A DNA stretch of 18,576 nt from Octopus sinensis. Taxonomy: Eukaryota. Position numbers and translations under genes: made by a program. Below the pieces are notes generated by a model. That model did not search any database. It saw only the letters and a list, made by a program, of their open reading frames with translations, and was not told the DNA's origin. This document shows positions 1-9,861 of this stretch, piece by piece (the first letter of the stretch is position 1; each line of letters begins with the position of its first letter). Location: contig NW_021824449.1 in NCBI RefSeq assembly GCF_006345805.1, forward strand, positions 1-18,576. Direction: 5' to 3'.

Positions 1-62
1 TTTTTAAAAGTACTATTGTTCTTTTCCGGAAGTTACTGTACGTTCCGCAATTTCGTCAATAA

Positions 63-276
63 CTATATATATTATATAGATATATATATATACCATATAC
101 AAATATACACACATACATACATATAGTATTATATGATATATATATTATATATAATATATATATATAATATATATATATCATACATACAAATATACACACA
201 TACATAATAATATATGTATCTATATGAATATACATATGTATATTTACATATATATGTGTTTTATATATAATATATG

Positions 277-310
<34 letters not shown>

Positions 311-646
311 GATACATATATATATTATACATATAGATATACGTATTATGTATATATATATGATATATTATATATATATACTATATAATACATACATGTG
401 AGCGTGTGTATGTATGTGTGTTTGTATGTATGTATAACACACACACTCACACATATACACACACATATACGTACATACATATATACATACACACATACAT
501 ACATACATGCATACATACATGCATGCATACATACGTACATACATACATATATACGTACATACATACATACGTACATACATACATACACATGCATTCATAC
601 ATACATACATACATACATACATACATACATACATACATACATACAT
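63..646. repeat. Degenerate (TA)n then (CA)n/(CATA)n microsatellite block
   Basis: Visible directly; source of the MYVC/HTYI ORFs at 346-817. Confidence 0.95.
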
Positions 647-1038
647 CAAAGGTATTTTTCTTTTCTCCGTTTTTGTTTATTATTCCTATTTTTTTGTTTG
701 TTATTTTTTCTTTCGCTTTTATCTTCTTTATTATTTTTCTTTTTCTTTTATTCCATAATCTTGTTATTTTACTTTCCTCTAGATACGACGATAAGAATCA
801 TTAACAACTACTTCTAATCTATATCCATTGCTAATGTTTGTTCATTCTTAACAGACGATAATTTATCATGTATTACGTTGGACCAGGTTCAATTTCGCAA
901 CAACGGTTTCTTTTTGACTAATCTCTATTCTATACGTGTCTGTTATGTAAATTACCTACAGTCCATAAATTCAGTGTCGAACTTTTGGCATTGTCCACCG
1001 GTGGGTACCTTCAGAGATATTTTCTTGGCTTCCTTAAT

Positions 1039-1272
1039 AAGGCGGCGAGCTGGCAGAAACGTTAGCACGCCGGGTGAAATGCGTAGCCGTATTTCTTCTG
1101 CCGTTACGTTCTGAGTTCAAATTCCGCCGAGGTCGACTTTGCCTTTCATCCTTTCGGGGACGATAAATTAAGTACCAGTTACGCACAGGGGTCGATATAA
1201 TCGACTTAATCCGTTTCTCTGTCCTTGTTTGTCCCCTCTGTGTTTAGTCCCTTGTGGGTAGTAAAGAAATAG
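1039..1272 (+). mobile_element. tRNA-derived SINE family A, full copy with tail type 1 (first unit of a dimer)
   Basis: Head GGCGGCGAGCTGGCAGAAACG (A-box-like) and GAGTTCAAATTCC (B-box-like); core GCCTTTCATCCTTTCGGGG..AAGTACCAG; tail ends GTAGTAAAGAAATAG. Repeated many times in the window. Confidence 0.9.
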
Positions 1273-1283
1273 ATATTTTAAGA

Positions 1284-1516
1284 AAGCGGCGAGCTGGCAG
1301 AAACGTTAGCACGCTGGGCGAAATGCTTAGCGGTATTTCGTCTGCCGCTACGTTCGGAGTTCAAATTCCGCCTAGGTCGACTTTGCCTTTCATCCTTTCT
1401 AGGTCGATTAAATAAGTACCAGTTACGCACTGGGATCGATATAATCGACTTGATCCGTTTGTTTGTCCTTGTTTGTCCTCTCTGTGTTTAGCCCCTTGTG
1501 GGTAGTAAAGAAATAG
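1284..1516 (+). mobile_element. SINE family A, full copy (second unit of the dimer)
   Basis: Colinear near-duplicate of 1039-1272. The pair is flanked by a 33 bp direct repeat (1006-1038, 1518-1550). Confidence 0.9.
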
Positions 1517-1556
1517 TTACCTTCAGAGATATTTTCTTTGCTTCCTTAATGTTTTA

Positions 1557-1615
1557 AAGGCACGTAGCTCTCTTGATCGTAAAACCCTGGTTTCGATTCC
1601 CGGAGCGGACGAATT
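1557..1615 (+). mobile_element. Degenerate tRNA-like SINE head fragment (family G-like)
   Basis: GGTTTCGATTCCCGGAGCGGAC resembles the B-box region GGTTTCGATTCCCAGACCGGAC of the minus-strand copy at 15510-15704. Confidence 0.45.
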
Positions 1616-1631
1616 GTTTTTTTTTTCTTTG

Positions 1632-1992
1632 CTCTTTGCTCTTTTACTTGTTTCAGTCATTTGAATGCGGCCATGCTGGAGCACCGCCTTTTAGTCGAGC
1701 AAATCGATCCTCGGACCGCTAAGTTACCGGAGCGTAAACACACCAGTATCGGTTGTCAAGCGATGTTGAAGACAAACACAGACACACAAACATATACACG
1801 CACATACATATACATATATACATATATACGACGGGCTGCTTTCAGTTTCCGTCTACCAAATCCACTCAGAAAGTTTTGGTCGGCCCGAGGCTATAGTAGA
1901 AGACACTTGCCCAAGGTGCCACGCAGTGGGAATGAAGCTTGAACCATGTGGTTGGTAAGCAAGCTACTTACCACACAGCCACTCCTGCGCCT
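1632..1992 (-). mobile_element. SINE family B (tRNA head, CORE-like segment, internal microsatellite, 3' module), with a ~50 bp internal deletion
   Basis: Minus-strand head GGCGCAGGAGTGGCTGTGTGG; CACCTTGGGCAAGTGTC CORE-like motif. Aligns with 6504-6930 except for a missing block at ~1713. Confidence 0.9.
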
Positions 1993-2705
1993 TTCTTGAG
2001 GAAACTTTTATTTTTGTTGTTCCAGTTCACCCAGCTGGAAATAAGTCCTAGCAAGAATTAGGAAATTTCTTCTATGATAAATTAGCTTCGCACCCAGTTG
2101 GAAGTGGAATGTAATATCAGTGATTTATACGCCATGCTAACTGGGTTTTTCCCTAACCTTAACGGTCACGACAAACTTAGGTCTTAGATAAGAAAGCTCA
2201 CGATGTATCACAGGACCTCTGAGACACATGAGAGGAAAACTGTAAATGAAAGCTAGGGCTTTTAAGCAAAAGGTCCTCAGAGCCTTGGCAGCTGAGGAGG
2301 GGCTGACAGTCTATAAATATATCACTGTGGCTCTATATGCCTGTTCAGACCTTTAAAACGCTGTATATAAAAATATTAAATTATTTCCTTTACTTTTAAT
2401 TATTTCATCTAGAGACTGCCGCCATGCTGGTGCACCGCCATTTAATTATATTTATATTTCAATTGACAGATGAAACTGGGTAAACATGTTTGATGAAATT
2501 GAATTTTCTTGTAGACGGATCTTTGAAGAGGTTGGAGTACGTAGAAAATGTTATTCAAGTCAAACGGGAGTCTTTGTAGAGAAAATGTTTGCAACCTCTG
2601 GTGAATGTTTATCCCACACGCGAAACCTGGCCGAAATGCTTATCGTCGAATGACTTAACTAAATCCATTCAATTGCTAAGTACTAGTGTCATATCGGATG
2701 ACTAA

Positions 2706-3531
2706 TTAACTATATAGCATTTAAATGTTCTACTTGCTATATTTTCAAAGTGGTCAGACACAGCCTCACGCACCCACCCTACAATGTCATTCTAAAAATA
2801 AACTATCACGTCATCAAAATTACGTAAATATGATATTATATGTATAATTGATTCAAAATAACAGGAATAAACAAGATTTATTTTTGACAGAGTAAAAGGG
2901 GCGAGCTGGCAGTATCGTTAGCACGCCGGGCGAAATGCTTAGCAGCATTTCGTCTGCCTTTACGTTCTGAGTTCATACTCCGCCGAGGTCGACTTTGCCT
3001 TTGATACTTTCGGGGTCGATTAAATAAGTACCAGTTACGCACTTGGCTCGATATAATCGATTTAATCCGTTTGTCTGTCCTTGTTTGTCCTCTCTGTGTT
3101 TAGCCCCTTGTGGATAGTAAAGAAATAGGTATTTCGTCTGCCGTTACGTTCTGAGTTCAGATTCCGCCGAGGTCAACTTTGCCTTTCATCATTTCGGGGT
3201 CGATTAAATAAGTACCAGTTACGCACTTGGCTCGATATAATCGACTTAATCCGTTTGCCTGTCCTTGTTTGTCCTCTCTGTGTTTAGCCCCTTGTGGGTA
3301 GTAAAGAAATAGGTATTTCGTCTGCCGCTATGTTCTGAGTTCAAATTCTGAGTTCAAATTCCGCCAAGAACGACTATACCTTTCATTCTTTCGGGGTCAA
3401 TGAAATAAGTACCAGTTAAGTACTGGAGTCGATGTAATCGACTGGCCCTCTTCCCCGCAAATTTTCATGGACTTATGCCCAGTGTAGAAATAATTATATT
3501 TGACATAGTAATCTGTATACTAAACGGTTCA
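2706..3531. mobile_element. Degenerate piggyBac-like MITE interrupted by the SINE A trimer
   Basis: Decayed termini TTAACTATATAGCATT (2706) and TATACTAAACGGTTCA (3516-3531) match each other only 10/16 as inverted repeats. Internal sequence resembles an abundant octopus TTAACCCTTTAGCATT-ended repeat as I recall it. Sequence resumes after the SINE at 3499. Confidence 0.4.
2896..3497 (+). mobile_element. SINE family A trimer: head + core/tail1 + core/tail1 + core/tail2
   Basis: Units 2896-3129, 3130-3313, 3314-3497; units 2 and 3 start at TATTTCGTCTGCCG without the 5' head. Flanked by TTTGACA(G/T)AGTAA at 2883-2895 and 3499-3511. Confidence 0.88.
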
Positions 3532-3961
3532 GTCAACCAGCCAAATACAGAAACCAATTATCTAATAAGCATCCACAAAATTTCTCCCTACAAAGCTTCA
3601 AACCTTTTTTCAGAAGGATTTTCACTAACATAGGTTATGGTACGAAAAACTCCTATAAAGTGTAGCCCGTAGGATGCAACCCTAAATCCTTCAGTTCTGC
3701 ACTGATACTTTTTTTAACTACGCAAAAACAGTACCGTTTCCGTTGTCCAAAAAATTGGCGGCGATTTCGTATGACTAATCGTTTTATTTATGTTTTGACA
3801 CCGGGTGTGGCACAGTTGTTGATATACACATTTCGTTGATTCGAACAAGAAGCCTATGTTTTTAGAGAAAGTGTGTCCGTTATCCACGCGCACGCGATTG
3901 CGTTTGCTTCAGTGTGGAAGTGTAGACTTGGCTTTGTGCTCATGTATGTATACATATGCAA

Positions 3962-3963
<2 letters not shown>

Positions 3964-4020
<57 letters not shown>
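3964..4020. repeat. Perfect (TA)n microsatellite
   Basis: Visible directly. Confidence 0.97.
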
Positions 4021-4022
<2 letters not shown>

Positions 4023-4209
4023 TCTTTGCTGGTTGGAGCACGCCTTTTAGTCGAGAAATCGACCCCAGGACTTATTCTCTGTAAGCTTAGTACTTATTCT
4101 GTCGGTCTCTTTTGCCGAACCGCTAGGTGACGGGGACGGTAACACACCAGCATCGGTTGTCAAGCGAAGTTGTGGGACAAACACAGACACACAAACATAC
4201 AAACACACA

Positions 4210-4250
<41 letters not shown>

Positions 4251-4414
4251 GACGGGCTTCTTTTAGTTTCCGTCTACCAAATCCACTCACAAGGCTTTGG
4301 TCGGCCTGAAGCTATAGTAGAAGACACTTGCCCAAGGTGCCACGCAGTGGGACTGAACCGGGAACCATGTGGTTGGTAAGCAAGCTACTTACCACACAGC
4401 CACTCCTGCGCCTA
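4021..4414 (-). mobile_element. SINE family B, near full length
   Basis: Aligns with the other B copies; internal (TA)n at ~4213-4248; head ends CACTCCTGCGCCTA. Confidence 0.9.
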
Positions 4415-4445
4415 TTCTTCATTTCTGTTAATTAATATCCGTTTC

Positions 4446-4699
4446 TGTGAAGGCGCATATCTTAGAGGTTAGGATATTCGGCTCGCGTTCGTGAGATCAT
4501 GAGTTCGACACCCCGAGGTTCTCTAGGTTCTTGTGCAATAAACTGTATTTCACGTTGCTCCAGTCCATTCAACTGGCGAAAAAGAATCGTAGCTGTAATT
4601 CAAAGGGTCAGTCTTATCACATTGTATGTCACGCTGAATCTTCTTGAGAACTACGTTAAGGTTAGGCGTACCTGTGGAGTACTCAGTCACATTCATGTT
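4446..4699 (+). mobile_element. tRNA-derived SINE family E, 5' part (interrupted by CR1)
   Basis: Decayed A-box-like TATCTTAGAGGTTAGG and B-box-like GAGTTCGACACCCC; body TTTCACGTTGCTCCAGTCCATTCAACTGG...GTGGAGTACTCAGTCAC resembles an octopus SINE as I recall it. Confidence 0.7.
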
Positions 4700-4700
4700 T

Positions 4701-5176
4701 TATTCTGAACGCCTTACTTCCTTGGGCATGGATACATTGAAACTCCGACGTCTGGCAGCTGACTTGGCAGACACACATAAAATTATCAACCATCTTACAA
4801 ACAATAAATCTGAGTACCTTTTCAAACTCCACCCGTCTAACACCCGTGGACATATTTACAAAGTAAGAAAACAGCACAGCTTCCATGATTTTAGGAAACA
4901 TTTTTTCACGCTGAGAGTTGCTGAAGCATGGAACAAACTGCCGGCATCAGTTGTTAGTTGTCGGAGCACTGCATCCTTCAAAACTTCCATGCTTCCTGAG
5001 ATTCGCCAACACTACACCTGATTTTCTCCCCTCCATACACACACAAGCATGTATCTGACTCATACATTGTTCGCTTTCCAGACATTTGTACATTACTGCA
5101 CACGCTTTATACGCACTTTCTGACCAGTTGTGGTGCACCTGAGCACTGTATACAATAATTTCATTATTTATTTATT
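4701..5176 (+). mobile_element. 5'-truncated CR1-clade LINE 3' end (ORF2 C-terminus, 3' UTR, ATT-rich tail)
   Basis: YSERLTSLGMDTLKLRRLAADL...TRGHIYK...RKHFFTLRVAEAWNKLP matches the CR1 ORF2 C-terminal pattern (ERL..L.L..L..RR...DL / TRGH / FF..RV...WN.LP). Stop at 5019-5021; tail TCATTATTTATTTATT. Confidence 0.9.
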
Positions 5177-5226
5177 AATTTCAAGAGCAACTGGTACCTT
5201 CATCGTCGTAAACGACGGAGGACCAG
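5175..5226 (+). mobile_element. SINE family E, 3' remainder
   Basis: TTAATTTCAAGAGCAACTGGTACCTTCATCGTCGTAAACGACGGAGGACCAG continues the family E consensus as recalled. Confidence 0.55.
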
Positions 5227-5449
5227 TTTAATACACTCCTATTGGTTTGTGCTTCTATATAACAGACGCCCACATCGACACTAAAAATATATTTATATTA
5301 TATATTATTTCACACTTAACAATCCTCCCCAGTTGTCGGGTCAGTAACCCAAGCACTTTGTACTATTCCTGGTGGAAACATGACAAAGCTATTTTGAAGC
5401 AAACAATGAAGTCATACCATTCTCTAACTTACATACAAAGACATACATG

Positions 5450-6009
5450 TACTCTTTTACACTTTTACTTGTTTCAGTCATTTGGACGGCGGCCGTGCTG
5501 GAGCACCGCCTTTAGTCGAGCAAATCGACTCCAGAGCTTATTGGTATTCTATCAGTCTTTTTTGCCAAACCGCTAGGTTACGGGGACGTAACCTCACCAG
5601 CATCGGTTGTCAAGCCACGTTGGGGAGACAAATAGACACTTGAACATATACACACATACATACATACATACATACATACATACATTCATACATACATACA
5701 TACATACATAATACTTCATACATACATACATACATACTACATGTGTATATATATATATATTAATGTATATACACTATCACATGTATATGTATATTTTATT
5801 TATTATATAATATTATATATAATATATATATATATAATATTATATCTTATATATATATATAGACGGACTCATTTCAGTTCCTGTCTAACAAATACACTCA
5901 CAAGCCTTAGGTCAGCCAGAGGCTATAATAGAAGACACTTACCCGCGGTGCCACGCAGTTTGACTGAACCCGGGACCATGTGGTTGGTAAGCAAACTACT
6001 TACCACACA
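5450..6009 (-). mobile_element. SINE family B with ~220 bp expanded internal microsatellite
   Basis: 3' module 5450-5640; (CATA)n/(TA)n 5641-5860; head region 5862-6009. Confidence 0.88.
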
Positions 6010-6085
6010 TGTACATATACATGTTAATAGGCATATGCATGCAAATATTCATACATGTGTGTGCGTAAGTTTGTATACATGTATA

Positions 6086-6318
6086 TATTTCTTTACTGCC
6101 CACAAGGGGCTAAACATAGAGGGGACAAACAAGGACAGACAAAGGGATTAAGTCGATTACATCGACCCCAGTGCGTAACTGGTACTTTATTTATCGACCC
6201 CGAGAGGATGAAGGGCAAAGTCGACCTTGGCGGAATTTGAACTCAGAACGTAACGGCAGACGAAATACGGCTACGCATTTCGCCCGGCGTGCTAACGTTT
6301 CTGCCAGCTCACCGCCTT
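6086..6318 (-). mobile_element. SINE family A, full copy (tail1) with 17 bp TSD
   Basis: Reverse complement of the 1039-1272 type; flanked by TTTGTATACAT(G/A)TATAT at 6070-6086 and 6317-6333. Confidence 0.9.
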
Positions 6319-6503
6319 TGTATACATATATATGTCATGATCTACATGATAAGCTGCCTATTTTAGCCTTGACATGAAAGAGTTATGTCCTCAGAGAAGC
6401 CTTACACGTGATTGTCACTGTATATATCCAGGAAATGTGTCGGAAATTAATACTTCTAACGATAAAACAACTTCCAAACACATTCAGAGCAAGCAAAGTA
6501 GTA

Positions 6504-6930
6504 TACTCTTTACTCTTTTACTTGTTTCATTTGACTGCGACCATGCTGGAGCACCACCTTTAGTCGAGCAAATCGACCCCGGGACTTATTCTTTGTAAGC
6601 CCAGTACTTATTCTATCGGTCTCTTTTGCCGAACCGCTAATTGACGGGGACGTAAACAACCCACCCAGCATCGGTTGTCAAGCAATGCTAGAGGGACAAA
6701 CACAGACACACAAACATATACACACACATACATATAATATATATATAATATATATACATATATACGAAGTGCTTCTTTCAGTTTCCGTCTACCAAATCCA
6801 CTCACAAGGCTTTGGTCGGCCCGAGGCTATAGCAGAAGACACTTGCCCAAGATGCCACGCAGTGGGACTGAAGCCGGAACCATTTGGTCGGTTAGCAAGC
6901 TACTTACCACACAGCCACTCCTGCGCCTAT
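6504..6930 (-). mobile_element. SINE family B, full length
   Basis: Most complete B copy; (GAGTAAA)-type repeat tail on the minus strand; head ends CTGCGCCTAT. Confidence 0.92.
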
Positions 6931-6953
6931 AAGCTATTATTTACTTAATACAA

Positions 6954-7060
6954 TACTGGGTTGTCCGGAAAGTTCGTGCCGGTTTATATAGTAGCTTACC
7001 TTTCGACTTATTTTAGAACATGGTTGAGTCCATAAAACAGGATTTCACTACACCTCCATT
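6954..7060 (+). mobile_element. Tc1/mariner terminal fragment (one TIR, no transposase)
   Basis: TA followed by CTGGGTTGTCCGGAAAGTTCGTGCCG resembles mariner TIRs; no partner TIR in the window. Confidence 0.5.
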
Positions 7061-7135
7061 TGCTCGACTAAAGGCGGTGCTCCAGCATGGACGCAGTCAA
7101 ATGACTGAAACAAGTAATAGAGTAAAGAGTAAAGA
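7058..7135 (+). mobile_element. SINE family B 3' tail fragment
   Basis: ATTTGCTCGACTAAAGGCGGTGCTCCAGCATGG...GAAACAAGTAATAGAGTAAAGAGTAAAGA. Confidence 0.88.
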
Positions 7136-7560
7136 TATATATGTATGTATGCATGTATGCATGTATGTATGTATGCATGTATGTATGTATGTATTTATGT
7201 TTGTGTGTATGTATGCATGTATGCATGCATGTATGCATGTATGTATGTATGTATGTATGTATGCATGTATGTATGTATGCATGTATGTATGCATGTATGT
7301 ATGTATGTATGCATGCATGCATGTATGTATGTATGTATGCATGTATGAATGTATGTATGTATGTATGTATGTATGTATGCATGTATGTATGCACGCATGC
7401 ATGTATGCATGTACGTATGTATGTATGTATGCATGCATGTATGTATGTATGTATGTATGTATGTATGCATGCATGTATGATGTATTTATGTATGTATGTA
7501 TGTATGTATGTATGCATGTATGTATGTATGTATGTATGTATGTGTGTATGTATGTACATA
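7136..7560. repeat. ~420 bp (TATG)n microsatellite with CATG variants
   Basis: Visible directly; produces the 247 aa MYVC ORF artefact. Confidence 0.97.
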
Positions 7561-7792
7561 AAGCCTGTGTGCGTATACTTATACTTATTTATTCATATGT
7601 ACATATGTGTATGTATATATGTATGAAAGACAAACATTTCCAGATAGTTTACTGCGTTTGTATGTGTCACAACTGTGTGCGCACGAGTGTCTGTGTGTGC
7701 GCGTGTGTGCGTGCCTCCGTACGTGCGTACGTGCGTCTAAAATTTCAGACTAATTGCTACTAATTCACTTGTTGATCAGTCGGATGGAAGCT

Positions 7793-7940
7793 TATATATA
7801 TATAATATATAAACATATATATGTATATACAAATATATATATTATATATATATGTATATACAAATATATATATATATATAATATATATATATATATATAA
7901 TATATATATATATATTAATATATATATATATATATATATA
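7793..7940. repeat. Degenerate (TA)n microsatellite
   Basis: Visible directly. Confidence 0.95.
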
Positions 7941-8089
7941 TTCCGCCGAGGTCGACTTTGCCTTTCATCCTTTAGGGGTCGATAAAATTAAGTACCAGTT
8001 ACGCACTGGGGTCAATGTAATCGACTTAATCCCTTTGTCTGTCCTTGTTTGTCTCCTCTATGTTTAGCCCCTTGTGGGTAATAAAGAAA
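7941..8089 (+). mobile_element. SINE family A, 5'-truncated (core + tail1)
   Basis: Starts TTCCGCCGAGGTCGAC; ends GGTAATAAAGAAA. Confidence 0.9.
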
Positions 8090-8104
8090 CATATATATAT
8101 ATAT

Positions 8105-8135
<31 letters not shown>

Positions 8136-8216
8136 GCACATATATATATATATATATATGTACAATTACATATATATGCATATATACATATATAATATAT
8201 AAACATATATACAGAT

Positions 8217-8310
8217 AAGAATAAGTCCTGAGGTCGATTTGCTCGGCTAAAAAGCGCTGCTCCAGCATGGCCGCAGTCAAACGACTGAAACGAGTAAATG
8301 AGTAAAGAGA
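8217..8310 (+). mobile_element. SINE family B 3' fragment
   Basis: AATAAGTCCTGAGGTCGATTTGCTCGGCT...CCAGCATGGCCGCAGTC...GAGTAAAGAG. Confidence 0.85.
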
Positions 8311-8485
8311 TGTGTATAAATGTGTATATATAAACACACATACACACGTACATATATGCAATACCTATACATACATACTATATGTACACATAATTGTTGC
8401 CTCGTATCGTCTGTTGATAACCAGCTCATATTAAATGATATGGGACCTTTATGTATTTGGATTTCGGTGACAAAAGCGTGTACAA

Positions 8486-8541
<56 letters not shown>

Positions 8542-8682
8542 TGTGAGTGTGTGTTTGTTTGGTCATATAAAATCATTTACACATACGCATATACATGTTA
8601 TTTGAATATAAAACTGTACGTGTATGTGTTTATATATATATATATATATATATCTATATATATATATATAATATATATATTA

Positions 8683-8719
<37 letters not shown>

Positions 8720-8720
8720 C

Positions 8721-8753
<33 letters not shown>

Positions 8754-8942
8754 GCACATATATATATATATATGTATGTATATATATATATATTATATGT
8801 GTGTATATATATATATATATAAACATACTCACACACACATATATATATGTATATATGTATGTATGTATGTATATATATATATATTATATATATACATATG
8901 TATGTATGTATATAAACACTCGCACACACACATATATATATG

Positions 8943-8976
<34 letters not shown>

Positions 8977-9086
8977 TGTATGTATGTCTATACATATTTA
9001 TATGTATATATGTATGTATGTATGTATATATATACATACATACATACATACATACATACATACATACATACATACATACATACATA
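8486..9086. repeat. Compound microsatellite region: (GT)n(GA)n, (TA)n, (CA)n, (TATG)n, (CATA)n
   Basis: Visible directly. Confidence 0.95.
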
Positions 9087-9189
9087 ATAGCTGACAGTTT
9101 CCTCGCAACACAAAATGCATTTGTTTACAAAGTGTTGTTTATGAATTTCTGAAGACGAAAGCCAGCCCTGTAAATAGTGACCGTCAAAA

Positions 9190-9220
9190 GAGAGATAGAT
9201 AGATAGATAAGCATCAATAG

Positions 9221-9275
<55 letters not shown>
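9190..9275. repeat. (GATA)n(GA)n microsatellite
   Basis: Visible directly. Confidence 0.95.
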
Positions 9276-9277
<2 letters not shown>

Positions 9278-9861
9278 AAGACCAAGAGCATTGGGGTAGG
9301 AGTGGAGGAGAGAGAGTAAGAGTAAAAGAGAGGGGGAGATTTTACCAACACACTAATGGCTGTCCTAGGTCAATAACTGGTAACACATACAAGGGCTTGG
9401 CCATCGATAAGTGCAGGGCGCTTTTTTTTTTTATCGCTTCGGAAATAAGCCTGTATCAGTCTAATGGAGGGTAGGAGTGGGGGACGTTAACAAATAGTGT
9501 TTCTGTGTTTTAATTCGCCACGTATCGTATTCCGTTCGTATAATTCCGTTAATTGCCGCCCATGTCCGTTTTGGCCGTATAGCTTATTTGCTCTGCATAT
9601 CTGTAACTATATTTGCCTATGTTTGCGTGACATGTTCGACTGTTTGTCTGTCCGCCTCCCTCACTTCGCTACAATGCTCTCCTTCCCCCCTCCCCCCCCA
9701 CAACCCCACACTTTCTCTTTCTCTCTTCCAATCTCTCTTTCGCTATTTCCCTGTATATTTACATTATGTGCATGCATACATGCTTGTTTTTGTTTTTTCC
9801 TTCGTCTTCATGTTTTTATTTTTGTTCCATATGTATGTATGTATGTGCATATGAACTGTAT

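Noticed and set aside
29-62. Minus-strand TTGACGA-AATTGC-GGAA-CG-TA-CAG, superficially hammerhead-like
   Set aside because: Both core motifs deviate, there is no stem II and stem I is out of register; the element is cut by the window edge.
878-1114. 78 aa ORF starting at TTG
   Set aside because: No recognisable motif; it runs through the TSD into SINE A.
1661-1942. ORFs inside SINEs A and B (also 4127, 6055, 6171, 6685, 11311, 14381, 16679)
   Set aside because: They lie wholly within non-coding SINE copies; similar peptides recur only because the repeat recurs.
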